From positions 128,001 to 192,000 of the forward strand of contig CAVYXJ010000010.1 in the NCBI GenBank assembly GCA_963772455.1: DNA of 64,000 bases. Direction: 5' to 3'. Position 1 is the stretch's first letter, and each line of letters starts with the position of its first letter. Below the pieces are notes generated by a model. The model had not been told where the DNA came from, searched no databases, and was given only the letters and a program-made list of their open reading frames with translations. The stretch is from Candidatus Bathyarchaeota archaeon (GTDB lineage: Archaea > Thermoproteota > Bathyarchaeia > Bathyarchaeales > Bathycorpusculaceae). A program made the position numbers and the translations under genes. Positions 18,852 through 29,719 of the stretch are shown piece by piece.

Positions 18852-20402
18852 TTATTCCCATTCTATGGTTGCAGGTGGTTTGTGAGTAATATCATAGACT
18901 ACTCGCGTAACTTGGGAAATTTCATTTGTTATTCGTGTGGAGATTTTTTCAAGCACTGGGTAGGGAATCCTTGCAAAGTTTGCTGTCATGGCTTCACGAC
19001 TCTCTGCTGCCCTAACAGCTACAACGTAGCCGTAAGCCCTGGAATCGCCCTTAACACCTGTGGCCTTCGTATCAGTAAGGACGGCGAAATATTGCCAAAG
19101 GTCTTCCGCGACACAATTCTTCTCAATCTCTTGTGTGACAATGGAATCGGCTTTCTTTGTAATAGCGACTTTCTCTTCGGTTAATTCGCCTATGATTCTG
19201 ACGGCTAAGCCTGGACCAGGAAATGGTTGTCTGTTAACAAGTTCCCTGGGAAGGTTAAGCATTACAGCTACTTTGCGGACTTCGTCTTTGTATAGGTCTC
19301 GGAGGGGTTCAACAATTTTCTTAAATGCTATCTTTGAGGGTAATCCAGCAACGTTGTGATGTGATTTTATTACGTCAGAGTTTTTTCTAAATCCTGATTC
19401 AATTCGATCAGGATAAATTGTTCCTTGAAGGAGATATTCTGCACCGGATTTTTTTGCTTCTTCCTCAAAAACTCGAATAAATTCTTCTCCGATGACTTTG
19501 CGTTTTTTCTCGGGTTCCGATACACCTTTGAGTTTCTCTAAGAAGCGCTGTTGCGCATTTACCATGACAAATTTGATGTTAAAACTCCCGAATGTCTTGC
19601 GGATTGCTTCCGGTTCTCCTTCACGCATGAAGCCGTGATCCACAAAAACAGCTGTTAGCTTATCGCCTAAGGCTTCGGCGGCCAATGCTGTGGCAACGCT
19701 ACTATCGATGCCTCCACTTAGTCCTATGATGGCTGTTGCTTCGCCTACATCAGTCTTTATTTCTTTGACCATTCTTTCAATGAGGTCTCCCACTTGCCAG
19801 TTTGCTTCGCATTTACATACTTCAAAGATGAAATTACGAAGCATTAGTTCCCCGTTCTTTGTGTGCATTACTTCAGGGTGCCATTGAAGACCATAGATTG
19901 GAACGTTTTTGTTTCTATATGCCGCCACAGGACAACTATCGGAATGTGCTAGAATCTCAAAATCTGCGGGTAACTCTAAAACAGTATCTCCATGACTCAT
20001 CCAAACTGTTTCTCGAGGGCTTAGGCCTTGCAAGACGCCCACAGGTTTATCTATAGTGACTTCCGCGATTCCGTATTCTCGACAAGCGGCGCGTGAAACC
20101 TTTCCTTTTACCATGTAGGCTATTAGTTGATGACCATAACAAAGACCTAGAATAGGCAGTTTTATGTCTAAAATACTTGGAATTATGTTTGGTGAATCTT
20201 TTTCGTAAACGCTTGACGGTCCACCTGAAAAAATTAGACCTTTAATGTTAAATTTTTCATTTAGCTTTTCAATTTCGGTGGGGTTAATGTCATAAGGAAC
20301 TATTTCTGAGTAGACACCATGTTCTCTGATTCGTCTGCCTATGAGGTGGCAGTATTGTCCACCAAAATCAAGAACTAGGATGGTGTCGTATTTTGTTTGC
20401 AT
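18852..20402 (-). CDS. guaA: GMP synthase (fused GATase + ATPPase)
   Basis: LDFGGQY, GLCYGHQ, QWHPE, SGGIDS, IKSHHNV, PFPGPGL, KPPATIEWE. Confidence 0.97.
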   Translation of the reverse strand: MQTKYDTILVLDFGGQYCHLIGRRIREHGVYSEIVPYDINPTEIEKLNEKFNIKGLIFSGGPSSVYEKDSPNIIPSILDIKLPILGLCYGHQLIAYMVKGKVSRAACREYGIAEVTIDKPVGVLQGLSPRETVWMSHGDTVLELPADFEILAHSDSCPVAAYRNKNVPIYGLQWHPEVMHTKNGELMLRNFIFEVCKCEANWQVGDLIERMVKEIKTDVGEATAIIGLSGGIDSSVATALAAEALGDKLTAVFVDHGFMREGEPEAIRKTFGSFNIKFVMVNAQQRFLEKLKGVSEPEKKRKVIGEEFIRVFEEEAKKSGAEYLLQGTIYPDRIESGFRKNSDVIKSHHNVAGLPSKIAFKKIVEPLRDLYKDEVRKVAVMLNLPRELVNRQPFPGPGLAVRIIGELTEEKVAITKKADSIVTQEIEKNCVAEDLWQYFAVLTDTKATGVKGDSRAYGYVVAVRAAESREAMTANFARIPYPVLEKISTRITNEISQVTRVVYDITHKPPATIEWE

Positions 20403-20589
20403 TATATAGACTCAGAACTATTGGAGTTTAGGGGTCTAATTTAAGATTACTATCTGTTTTCTGCTAAAGACAATTGTTTTTGGGTTATTAGTAGGCTTAA
20501 TTTTTTTCCAAAGAATAATTGAAATAACTAAACTTTTATTAACTTAATCAGACGATTATCAAAAGGACGTTTCAAAAAACAAGATTTAA

Positions 20590-21060
20590 TTGGAAGAACG
20601 TGCAGGATCGGATGTTATGGTATTAAATGAAACAGATGTAAAAATCCTTAAAGGATTGTTAGAGGACGCAAGATTTTCAAGCAGGCAAATAGCCAAAAAT
20701 GTAGGCGTTTCAGTCGGTACCGTTTTATCCAGAATCAAAAAGATGGAAGAAGACGGCTTAATCAAAGGTTACTCAGTTATTTTAGATCATGAAAAACTCG
20801 GCTACCAGTTAACCGTAGTTACTGAAATTACAGTTTCCAAGGGTAGACTCGTAGAAACAGAGAATGAAATCGCCAAAATTCAAAACGTTTGTGGAGTCTA
20901 CGATGTCACAGGTTTAACAGACGCTATAATTGTGGCAAAGTTCAAAAGCCGCGAAGATTTAGGTGCCTTTACCAAAAAGCTACTTTCTCTACCCTACATT
21001 GAGCGCACAAACACCCATGTAGTCTTAACAACAGTGAAAGAAAATTTTCGCTTGTTATAA
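20590..21060 (+). CDS. Lrp/AsnC transcriptional regulator
   Basis: HTH (DAR.S..IA..VGVS..TV..RI..M...G.I.GY) plus RAM domain (VYDVTG..D). Confidence 0.93.
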   Translation: MEERAGSDVMVLNETDVKILKGLLEDARFSSRQIAKNVGVSVGTVLSRIKKMEEDGLIKGYSVILDHEKLGYQLTVVTEITVSKGRLVETENEIAKIQNVCGVYDVTGLTDAIIVAKFKSREDLGAFTKKLLSLPYIERTNTHVVLTTVKENFRLL

Positions 21061-21163
21061 TCGAGTTATTTTAGTATCATTATCTTTTTTATTATTTTTC
21101 AAAGACTATTTTTTGTATATGGGACTTTTTTGGTTAATTTATTTTTAAATAAGAGAAGAAAAA

Positions 21164-22228
21164 TTAGGTTTTTACTTTTTCTGGATGGTGGTTTTCCATT
21201 TTGTATTTTAGTTCAGGGGCTGCTATAGTTATTTTTGTTCCTGAAGGCACTGCCGATGTTATCCAGACGTTTCCACCGATGACAACATTGTCGCCTATTA
21301 CTGTCTCAGCGCCAAGTAATGTTGCGCCTGAATAGATTACCACATTGTTTCCTACAGTAGGATGGCGTTTGCGGCCTTTGATTATGTTTCCTTTCTCATC
21401 TTTTGGAAAACTCAGAGCGCCAAGGGTTACGCCTTGATAGAGTTTTACGTTGTCTCCGATTTCTGCAGTTTCGCCTATCACGACGCCTGTGCCGTGGTCG
21501 ATGAAGAAGTTTTTGCCGATTTTTGCGCCTGGATGGATATCTATTCCGGTTTGTGAGTGAATGTGTTCGCTCATTATTCTAGGAATTAGTGGTACTCCGC
21601 TTAGGTAGAGTTCATGTGCTATTCGATATGTAGTTATAGCTAGTACACATGGATAGCTTAAGATGACTTCCTCATTGCTTACTGCTGCTGGGTCGCCACT
21701 GTAAGCTGCTTGGATGTCGCCACTTAACATAGAACGGATTTTGGGTAATTTCTCAAGGAGTTCCTTAACCACTACATGCGCTCTTTTTTGGCACACATCC
21801 TGTGGGCATTCACTGATTTTTCTGCATATGTATTTGAGGCTCCTTTCAACCTCATCAGTGAGCCTTGTATAAACTGATGTTAATGTGGTACCAAGTTGAT
21901 ATTTTATATTAGCTTTAGTTATTTCTGAATCGCCCAAATACCCTGGAAAAAGGACTGTGAACAGGTCTTCCAAGACCTCGATAACTATTATTTTTGATGG
22001 CAGATCTCTTCCTTCAAGGTGGTCCATGCCGCCGAATTTGCGGTAGCTACTCATGATTTCGTCCACTAGTTTTGGCACGCTGGTTTCTACCCAGTCTTGT
22101 TCCACTTTATCGTGGTTGTGCATGAGTGTTGCTAGCATTCTGTCTGGGTTCCAGCAGTCATTATCTATGTTTTTGTCTTTGCATTCTTGGCATTCTTTAG
22201 GTATTGGCTTGTTTGGGTTTGTGGGCAT
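21164..22228 (-). CDS. cysE: Serine O-acetyltransferase (long EpsC-like type)
   Basis: DPAA, YP, RIAHEL, TGIDIHPGA.IG..FFIDHGTGVVIGET, YQGVTLGA, KRHPT. Confidence 0.93.
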   Translation of the reverse strand: MPTNPNKPIPKECQECKDKNIDNDCWNPDRMLATLMHNHDKVEQDWVETSVPKLVDEIMSSYRKFGGMDHLEGRDLPSKIIVIEVLEDLFTVLFPGYLGDSEITKANIKYQLGTTLTSVYTRLTDEVERSLKYICRKISECPQDVCQKRAHVVVKELLEKLPKIRSMLSGDIQAAYSGDPAAVSNEEVILSYPCVLAITTYRIAHELYLSGVPLIPRIMSEHIHSQTGIDIHPGAKIGKNFFIDHGTGVVIGETAEIGDNVKLYQGVTLGALSFPKDEKGNIIKGRKRHPTVGNNVVIYSGATLLGAETVIGDNVVIGGNVWITSAVPSGTKITIAAPELKYKMENHHPEKVKT

Positions 22229-22292
22229 ATTGTTTCACTTTACTTCAACTATTAGATAGGGGGATATAAGAAAAGTGTCTTTTAAACATAGA

Positions 22293-23243
22293 TTATGTGT
22301 TGGTGGTTGTGGGTTCTTGGAAGAGCACAGTGCTTAGGTAACGTTCACCAGTGTCAGGAAGAATTACTACTATTATTTTGCCTTTGTTCTCTATTCGTTT
22401 TGCTATTTCTATTGCTGCGTATGCTGCGGCGCCAGAAGATATGCCGACAAGTAAGCCTTCTTTTTGTGCAAGTTGCCTTGCTGTTTGCAAAGCCTGGTCG
22501 TCTGATACTTTGAATATTTCATCGACTAAATCAAGTTTTAGTACATCAGGCTTGAAGCCTGCGCCTATGCCTTGGATTTTATGAGGTCCTTTTTGGCCGC
22601 CGCTAAGGACTGGTGAGGCTGCTGGTTCTACAGCTATTGCTTTGAATTCTGGTTTTTGTGGTTTAATGAATTGGGCAATACCGGTAATGGTTCCACCTGT
22701 GCCCACGCCTGCAACAACAATGTCTACTTTTCCGTCGGTATCTTCCCATATTTCTGGTCCAGTGGTTTCTTTGTGGATTTTTGGGTTAGCTAAGTTTTTA
22801 AATTGTTGGGGCATGAAGCTGTTTGGTGTGTCTTTTATGAGTTCTTCGGCTTTTTTTATGGCGCCGCCCATGCCGTCTGGTCCCGGTGTGAGGATTAGTT
22901 GTGCGCCATATGCTTTTAGTAGGTTGCGGCGCTCGATGCTCATTGTTTCGGGCATAGTTAAAATGAGTTTGTATCCTTTGACAGCTGCTACCATTGCTAA
23001 GCCGATTCCTGTATTGCCGCTTGTAGGTTCGATGAGTGTTGCGCCCGGTTTAATGATGCCTTGTTTTTCGGCTTCAGAAATCATTGATAGGCAAATTCGG
23101 TCTTTGACGCTTCCGCCTGGATTTCTTGCTTCCAGTTTAGCTAATACGGTAGCGTTTGCGCCTTGGGTCAGTTTGCTTATTTGGACTAGGGGTGTTTTTC
23201 CGATTGTTTCTAAAACGTTTTTATAGTCATTCATTTTTAACAC
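22293..23243 (-). CDS. cysK: Cysteine synthase A (O-acetylserine sulfhydrylase)
   Basis: NPGGSVKDR (PLP Lys), [29 protein letters not shown]. Confidence 0.96.
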   Translation of the reverse strand: MLKMNDYKNVLETIGKTPLVQISKLTQGANATVLAKLEARNPGGSVKDRICLSMISEAEKQGIIKPGATLIEPTSGNTGIGLAMVAAVKGYKLILTMPETMSIERRNLLKAYGAQLILTPGPDGMGGAIKKAEELIKDTPNSFMPQQFKNLANPKIHKETTGPEIWEDTDGKVDIVVAGVGTGGTITGIAQFIKPQKPEFKAIAVEPAASPVLSGGQKGPHKIQGIGAGFKPDVLKLDLVDEIFKVSDDQALQTARQLAQKEGLLVGISSGAAAYAAIEIAKRIENKGKIIVVILPDTGERYLSTVLFQEPTTTNT

Positions 23244-23345
23244 CTTATTTTATAACAGCGTTATAGTTGGTGTGGTATAAACCTTACCACATCTATGCAA
23301 AATAGTATAACATACTAAACCTAAAACGCTTGCGCCTAAACACAA

Positions 23346-23362
23346 AAGTAAAGCCTTTAAAT
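23346..23362 (+). promoter_or_regulatory. Putative BRE/TATA promoter of tRNA-Leu
   Basis: Purine-rich AAGTAAAG followed by CCTTTAAAT, about 33-38 nt upstream of the mature tRNA 5' end. Confidence 0.5.
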
Positions 23363-23393
23363 GAGCCCTGTTCCTATATTTCCGCAACACAAC

Positions 23394-23481
23394 GCGGAGG
23401 TCGCCCAGCATGGCCAAAGGCGTAGGACTGAGGCTCCTATCCCGCAGGGGTTCGTGGGTTCAAATCCCACCCTCCGCACCA
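23394..23481 (+). tRNA. tRNA-Leu (anticodon GAG), intronless, CCA encoded
   Basis: Acceptor stem GCGGAGG/CCTCCGC plus A-CCA; anticodon arm TAGGA-CTGAGGC-TCCTA; long variable arm; T arm GTGGG-TTCAAAT-CCCAC. Confidence 0.96.
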
Positions 23482-23688
23482 ACCAAGATTTTTTTTTCGC
23501 ATTTTTCCCATAAATCAAATAAATTTTTCATACAATTAGATTACGCTTATGATTTCTCGATTATCAAAGGTATCTAAATTTTGGATCTAAAACAATTTTG
23601 GACCAATGGATTTTCCATTAAAAAACTATTTTAGATAAGTAACGGTTAAAAGCCAATATGTACAGTGATACTTTAACTCCAAGAAGGT

Positions 23689-24306
23689 TTGGTAACAATG
23701 TCTGCTAAAACTCAACAGAGAAAATTCATTTCAGTTGACCCAGGCAAATGCATTGGATGCGGAATTTGTGAGTACGCTTGCACCGTAGAAAAAGGTGAAA
23801 ACACTTGGAATCCAATCCGTTCCAGAATCAGAGTAGTTCGCATGGCGCCAGTACTCAACTTTGCTTTAACTTGTAGGGGCTGCGAAGATGCAAAATGTGT
23901 AAAAGCATGTCCAGAACGTGCTCTCTCCCAAGCAGCGGAAACAGGCTTACTAATAGTTGACGAAAGTAAATGCAAAGGTTGCGACTGGTGTGTACAAGCA
24001 TGTGACCATGGGGGGATAACAATTCATGCCGATACAGGAAAGGCAATCGCATGCAATCTTTGTAATGGTGAACCACAATGTCTTGCTTCTTGTCCCGAAG
24101 AAGCATTAGCAATCGTCAGTTCAGATGAAGAAGCAGAAAAACGCTTTAACGACTCATTAGCAACGTTGTCACAGCAAATTGAAAAAATTACTACCAGTAT
24201 TAAGAATAAGGACTGGAAACCATTTTTGGCTGTTGCAGAAAAACGTTCAGGCGTTATTACAGAGAAACTGGAAGTTTTGAATAAGAAAGTGAAGGCAAAA
24301 AAATAG
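23689..24306 (+). CDS. 4Fe-4S dicluster (CooF/DmsB-like) electron-transfer protein
   Basis: Four cluster motifs: CIGCGICEYAC, CRGC...CVKACP, CKGCDWCVQAC, CNLC...CLASCP. Confidence 0.88.
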   Translation: MVTMSAKTQQRKFISVDPGKCIGCGICEYACTVEKGENTWNPIRSRIRVVRMAPVLNFALTCRGCEDAKCVKACPERALSQAAETGLLIVDESKCKGCDWCVQACDHGGITIHADTGKAIACNLCNGEPQCLASCPEEALAIVSSDEEAEKRFNDSLATLSQQIEKITTSIKNKDWKPFLAVAEKRSGVITEKLEVLNKKVKAKK

Positions 24307-24319
24307 AAACAATACCTTC

Positions 24320-25186
24320 TCATATCTTTTTGTTTTCTTCATAACCTCTCAGTAAACTATCTATATCTAACCCGATTTTTTCACCAACGTATCCGCCTTC
24401 CAAAACAAAAAATGCGGGTTTTTTTAGGTTAGCGATTCTTTTTCCGATTTCAAAGTAATCCTGTATAACTAAACCTAAGGTTGCTAAATCCTCTTGGTGA
24501 GTATCAAAACCTGCAGAAACCGCTACCGTTTCAAACTTGGCTAAATCAAGGCTGCTTAATGCTTTGTCTAGTGTTTCTAAGTAACGTTGTCCACCATAAT
24601 CTCGTGGCAAGGCAAAATTTATGCAGTTTCCTTCGGTGAAATCGCCTGTTCCAGGGTAATTAGGTGATTGGTGCAGGGAAACATAGACAATTTTTTCGTC
24701 GCCTTGAAAAATTTCTTGTGTACCATTTCCATGATGTCCATCAATATCTAAGATTATTGTGCGTTTTCCTGATTCTTTTACGGCTATGGCGATGTTGTTT
24801 AGGTAGCAGAACCCACGTGTATAAACGCCCAATGCTGAGCCGCTTCTACCAACGTGATGTCCAGGTGGACGCATCAGTGAAAAACCATTAATTTTACTAG
24901 CCAAGATTGCTCCACCAACAGAGAGTTGCGCAAACTCATAGATGTTTTTGTAAGCTGGTGTGTCTGAATCTTCAACTAATCCTTTTTTTACGTTAAAAAG
25001 ATAATCTGCGTCATGAACGCTTAAAATTTCTTCGTCAGTTGCTGGCTTTGGCTCCAAGAACTCGTACCCCTTAGATTTCAGAATATCGTGTGCAGTTTTT
25101 ACTCTTTGGGGTCCTTCAACGTGCCAGGTGCCATAGCCTAAACATTTTTCTGAGTAGACTATTTTTGTTTTCATCGGGTGCTGCAT
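24320..25186 (-). CDS. Histone deacetylase-family amidohydrolase
   Basis: RPPGHH, GFCYLNN, DIDGHHGNGTQ, SAGFD, LEGGY. Confidence 0.92.
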   Translation of the reverse strand: MQHPMKTKIVYSEKCLGYGTWHVEGPQRVKTAHDILKSKGYEFLEPKPATDEEILSVHDADYLFNVKKGLVEDSDTPAYKNIYEFAQLSVGGAILASKINGFSLMRPPGHHVGRSGSALGVYTRGFCYLNNIAIAVKESGKRTIILDIDGHHGNGTQEIFQGDEKIVYVSLHQSPNYPGTGDFTEGNCINFALPRDYGGQRYLETLDKALSSLDLAKFETVAVSAGFDTHQEDLATLGLVIQDYFEIGKRIANLKKPAFFVLEGGYVGEKIGLDIDSLLRGYEENKKI

Positions 25187-25256
25187 CCATTAGACTGATA
25201 AATACGCTTACATTTAAAATATAACCTCAATCAGAATCTATCCATCTTAAGTTTAA

Positions 25257-27221
25257 ATGGAGACTCAGTGTGTGGTTTCAGTAAATCCTTTCGATCAATT
25301 TCGTCAAGAATGCCAAACTGCATTAGCAAAAGCATTAAACAAAGCTTTGCCTGATATGCAACAGCCGACAATCACTCTAAACAAAACCCCTAACATAGAA
25401 TATGGTCAATTAGCCTCTTCACTTTGTTTTGAATTGGCGAAAAAACTTAGTCAGAAACCACTAGCTTTAGCGCATGAATTAGTTGTAGTCATTGATAAAT
25501 CGGAATTTAATTTGATTGAGAAAGTTGCTCCTGCAGGTGCTGGTTACATAAATTTTCATGTGAATTTCGCTAAATTCTCGCAATTAACTTTGGAGTCAGT
25601 AAAAAAGTTAGGGTCAGAATATGGTTTTACCAAAACTGACAAAATTAAAAAAATCATTGTTGAACATACCAGTGTTAACCCCTTGCATCCAATCCACATT
25701 GGACAAGCCCGAAACCCCATGATAGGCGACGCGTTAGCACGTATTCTCAAGTACAGAGGGCATGATGTTTCACGCCATTACTACATTGACGATGTTGGAC
25801 GCCAATCATCGGTTGTAGCTTATGGTTACGCTAAACTTGGCAAGCCAAAGCCCACTGAGAAAGTAGACCTTTTCGTGGGAAAAATCTACACGGTAACAAG
25901 TTGTATCGTCGAAATTAACCGCCTTAAAAAAGTGCGTGATACAGCAATTGCTGTTCATAATGCAGAGGACTTAGTGAAGGCAAACAAGGAAATAGATGAG
26001 TGGATGTCAATTGCCGCGGAACTTAAAGAAAAGTATCCGGTACTCTTTGAAGCTTTAACAGTGCAAATTGGTCAAGATGAAAATCCTGAAGAAGAAATCA
26101 AGAGTTTAAACTGCGCTTACGAAAACGACGAACCTTATGCAAAAGAACTCATTCGGGAAATAAGTGATTTATGTCTTGAAGGATTCCGCGAAACTATGAA
26201 ACGGGTTGGTGTAACTTATGATTCGTGGGACTGGGAAAGTGATTTTGTTTGGAGTACACAAGTTAACGATGTTTTGGCCACCCTCAAGGCTTCACAGTTT
26301 GTGACTATTGAAAAAGGCGTTTTTGTGTTTAATGCAGAAAAAGTTGTTCAATCTCTTAACTTAAAGGCCAAATTGGGTTTAAGTGAAAATAACGAAGTCC
26401 CCCCCTTAACCCTTGGACGCGCCGACGGTACAACACTTTACACAACACGTGATATCGCCTATACTCTATGGAAGTTTAAGCATGCACAAGAAGTCATAAA
26501 TGTAATCGGTATGGAACAGTCGCTTGCTCAGCTGCAATTAAAAATAGCGCTTTATGCAATGGGTCATGCTAAATACGCTGAGAATCTGGTGCATTTCGCG
26601 TATAATTTGGTTACTTTGCCAGGTTACAAAATGAGCAGCAGAAGAGGACACTATATCACCTTCGATGATGTTTTAACCGAAGCGGTTCAAAGAGCTTATG
26701 AAGAAGTCTCGAAACGCTCACCCCTTCTTTCAGAAGAAGAAAAACGTAAAATCGCGGATTTTGTAGGTTTAGGATCGGTTAGGTATGCACTTGTAGATGT
26801 TGATCCATCCAAAACAGTAGTTTTTACATGGGATCGTGTACTGAATTTTGAAACGAACAGTGCACCTTATGTCCAGTATACTCATGCAAGAGCCTGTAGC
26901 ATCCTTCGAAAGGTAGAGTGTGAACCCGAAAAGCCATCGTTCGAATTGCTCACAGAAAAACTTGAGCGCGAACTTATCTTGAACCTTGCAAGTTTCCCAG
27001 ATATGTTCATTGAAGCCTCAGAATATCTTAAACCAAATATGATAGCCGACTACACCAACACTTTAGCTGACAAATTCAATACATTCTACAACGCGTTACC
27101 TGTGATAAAAGCTGATTCAAAAGAACTTAGCGAAGCTCGAATTGCTCTGACACGAGCTATTCAAATCGTTATGTACAATGCGTTAAATTTGATTGGTGTG
27201 GTTGCTCCAGAAAAAATGTAG
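25257..27221 (+). CDS. argS: Arginyl-tRNA synthetase
   Basis: EHTSVNP.HP.HIGQARN (HIGH-like), KMSSRRG, PYVQYTHARACSIL, C-terminal PEKM. Confidence 0.96.
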   Translation: METQCVVSVNPFDQFRQECQTALAKALNKALPDMQQPTITLNKTPNIEYGQLASSLCFELAKKLSQKPLALAHELVVVIDKSEFNLIEKVAPAGAGYINFHVNFAKFSQLTLESVKKLGSEYGFTKTDKIKKIIVEHTSVNPLHPIHIGQARNPMIGDALARILKYRGHDVSRHYYIDDVGRQSSVVAYGYAKLGKPKPTEKVDLFVGKIYTVTSCIVEINRLKKVRDTAIAVHNAEDLVKANKEIDEWMSIAAELKEKYPVLFEALTVQIGQDENPEEEIKSLNCAYENDEPYAKELIREISDLCLEGFRETMKRVGVTYDSWDWESDFVWSTQVNDVLATLKASQFVTIEKGVFVFNAEKVVQSLNLKAKLGLSENNEVPPLTLGRADGTTLYTTRDIAYTLWKFKHAQEVINVIGMEQSLAQLQLKIALYAMGHAKYAENLVHFAYNLVTLPGYKMSSRRGHYITFDDVLTEAVQRAYEEVSKRSPLLSEEEKRKIADFVGLGSVRYALVDVDPSKTVVFTWDRVLNFETNSAPYVQYTHARACSILRKVECEPEKPSFELLTEKLERELILNLASFPDMFIEASEYLKPNMIADYTNTLADKFNTFYNALPVIKADSKELSEARIALTRAIQIVMYNALNLIGVVAPEKM

Positions 27222-27416
27222 CGGCAGACTATTAGAATCAGGATTTAGATCTTTTGGTCAATTATCCTTTTAACCTTGTTTTCTTACATCCATCAAATTC
27301 TTTAAAGATAACATAAAAAGAAAAACAACTTTTTCGAGCATCCTTCCTCCAAATTGGAATCAAATCCAATTAGTTGAGCAAAATAGCCGAAGTTCCTTAA
27401 TATTTATGAAAAAAAA

Positions 27417-27800
27417 TTAGTCATTTAATTCTGCAGGTTGTACTGGGGTTGGAGGCAATTCTTCTTCTATTTCAACGATTTCTTCACCGCTGTCCCGTAA
27501 AACATATGCAGTTACAAACGAAACCACGGTCAAAAATAGATACGGAAATACATTCGATAGAATAGACAATATCAAATAATCGATTGGGGGCATTGCAGTA
27601 GAGTTAACCATTTCGATAAGTCGATAAGTTGAAATGGCTAATATGATGGTAAATATTGCGGATACTGCTCCAAAATAGATAGCTGCTTTTCCAACGATTT
27701 TTAAAGTGTTCATGATGATTACTGTCCGCATTTTTATGAGAGGATGTCTCTTTTTAAGGTATGCTCCATTTGCAAAATCTGCATAATAATTACCCTGCAA
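27417..27800 (-). CDS. Small membrane protein (2 TM, acidic/Pro tail)
   Basis: Two hydrophobic segments; true start probably downstream of the track start. Confidence 0.6.
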   Translation of the reverse strand: MQGNYYADFANGAYLKKRHPLIKMRTVIIMNTLKIVGKAAIYFGAVSAIFTIILAISTYRLIEMVNSTAMPPIDYLILSILSNVFPYLFLTVVSFVTAYVLRDSGEEIVEIEEELPPTPVQPAELND

Positions 27801-27864
27801 TCGGTAAAAATTCTTTTAGGTAGATTTTTTAAAGATAACGTGATCTAAAAATAAGGCTGTACAT

Positions 27865-28539
27865 ATGGGCAGGCTTTGGGTAATTATTAGAAAAATTTTT
27901 AGTGTCTCCTTAGTCTTTAATGCCCTGTTGACAATCGGCTGTATAAGTGGTATTCTGGCAGGATTCTATTGGTACTACTATAATTGGCACCCCTTCTCAC
28001 CATACTTAATTAGTGGTAATCTGTTTTGGATTGTGATTGCAGCTGCTATCATCAACATTTTCCCAAGTGCTGGTCTTGGTCGCTCATTGCATACAGGTAG
28101 ATTTCTGTTCCACCACTACTTTTATGGCTTCATGGTCCTGGTTTGCGCCGTCGTCTACATTGTATTTTTTGCACAAATTTCACTTTTGACGATTTTTCTT
28201 GTTAATAACACAAGCGTCCAAGTTAATGTTGGTAGATTTTTTATTTTAGGAGGTGTAACGCTCATTTTGGATGACCTTCCTGATGTTCACACCAAGTTGG
28301 ATTCAGGTTTAAACTGGTTAAAATGTAAAGTTGGGAAAGGTGCCCGATTTGTTTCAGCGATTCAATTAGTTATAGGGGCAGTTTCTCTGTACGTTTTTTC
28401 TGCTGTAGTTCTTTCAGTTTATTCAACTCCCGAATATGTTACAGTTGCAAATTTGATGTTAATAGTCACTCTCTTTATCACAAGTGTAACCTCATTTATT
28501 TTCGTGAGAAGAAAAGTATGGTATAAAATTGGAGATTAG
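27865..28539 (+). CDS. Multi-pass membrane protein of unknown function
   Basis: About 6 hydrophobic helices; FHHYFYG and LDDLPD motifs. Confidence 0.7.
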   Translation: MGRLWVIIRKIFSVSLVFNALLTIGCISGILAGFYWYYYNWHPFSPYLISGNLFWIVIAAAIINIFPSAGLGRSLHTGRFLFHHYFYGFMVLVCAVVYIVFFAQISLLTIFLVNNTSVQVNVGRFFILGGVTLILDDLPDVHTKLDSGLNWLKCKVGKGARFVSAIQLVIGAVSLYVFSAVVLSVYSTPEYVTVANLMLIVTLFITSVTSFIFVRRKVWYKIGD

Positions 28540-28631
28540 TCTTAATCAATTGTTATCTGATAATTGGTCGTTATTCTTGCAATAACAAATTTCATATACA
28601 AGCCCAATAATGTAAAACGAGGTGCACATTA

Positions 28632-29699
28632 ATGAGCGATTCATACTTCAAAAAGAAACTTGAACCAATCAAAGTTACAAAACAGAAACCAATTTCTCAA
28701 CTGCTAAAAGAAATGGGCAAAACCGCTTACCAAGGACGCAAACTTGGAGAAGCCGTTGACGTTTGGGAAAACATGATTAAAGAAAAAGATACCATAATCG
28801 CTTTGGGATTTGCAGGTTCAATGAGCACCGCAGGGCAATGGACAATAATTAATTGGTTAATCGAAAATCGTTTCATCGACGTACTAGTTTCAACTGGTGC
28901 TAACGTCTCAGAAGACATTGTTGACGCAATGGGCTTGGGTTACTATCAAGGTAGCCACATGGTAAACGATGAACAACTACTACATGATGACGTCAACCGA
29001 TACTACGATGTTTATGGAAAAGAAACAGATTATCGTAAAATGGAAGAAGTTGTTACCGATTTTGTTATGACTTGCAAACAGGATTACAATTACACTTCTG
29101 CAGAGTTTCTCTATTTGCTGGGCAAATATCTTGGCAAGAAAAAAATTCCTGCTATCTCCGCGGTTGCAGCAGCCAACGGCGTACCAATCTTCAGTCCAGC
29201 TATGGTTGACAGTGCTTACGGCGAAACATTCCTTTTAGCTAAAAACCAAGGACATAACGTTGTAATCGACTCAGTAAAAGAATTCGAACAGTTCGTCAGC
29301 ATAGGCACAAAAACCAAGGAAGTAGGCGTGGTCTACATCGGAGGCGGCGTTCCCAAAGATCTAACCCAGCTTATCGCCATCTCGGTTTCACCATTCACCT
29401 GCGATGAAGGAGTCAAAGGTAGAAAAGGTGGCTTACGCAAAGGACTGCAAGAATACTACTACCCCCACAAATACGCTATACAAATTACCACTGACTCTCC
29501 ACAATGGGGCGGCTTATCTGGTTGCACATTGGAGGAGGCTATTAGCTGGGGTAAAATCAACAGCCAAACCGGTACACGCGCAGTAGTTTACTGCGATGCA
29601 ACCATCGCATTGCCGCTTATTTGTCATGCATTGGCTGAACGTGTTCCAGAGAAACGGAAAGGGCCAGACATGAGCTGGCTATTCAAAGGCGTCCAATAA
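28632..29699 (+). CDS. Deoxyhypusine synthase-like paralogue
   Basis: STGAN..ED, DSAYG, GGGVPKD, QITTD.P.WGGLSGCTLEEAISWGKI, DATIALP. Confidence 0.88.
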   Translation: MSDSYFKKKLEPIKVTKQKPISQLLKEMGKTAYQGRKLGEAVDVWENMIKEKDTIIALGFAGSMSTAGQWTIINWLIENRFIDVLVSTGANVSEDIVDAMGLGYYQGSHMVNDEQLLHDDVNRYYDVYGKETDYRKMEEVVTDFVMTCKQDYNYTSAEFLYLLGKYLGKKKIPAISAVAAANGVPIFSPAMVDSAYGETFLLAKNQGHNVVIDSVKEFEQFVSIGTKTKEVGVVYIGGGVPKDLTQLIAISVSPFTCDEGVKGRKGGLRKGLQEYYYPHKYAIQITTDSPQWGGLSGCTLEEAISWGKINSQTGTRAVVYCDATIALPLICHALAERVPEKRKGPDMSWLFKGVQ

Positions 29700-29719
29700 A
29701 CGCCCTAATTTTTCAATTT

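Noticed and set aside
23394-23700. tRNA-Leu as an integration site for a mobile element
   Set aside because: No integrase and no duplicated tRNA 3' end seen in the window
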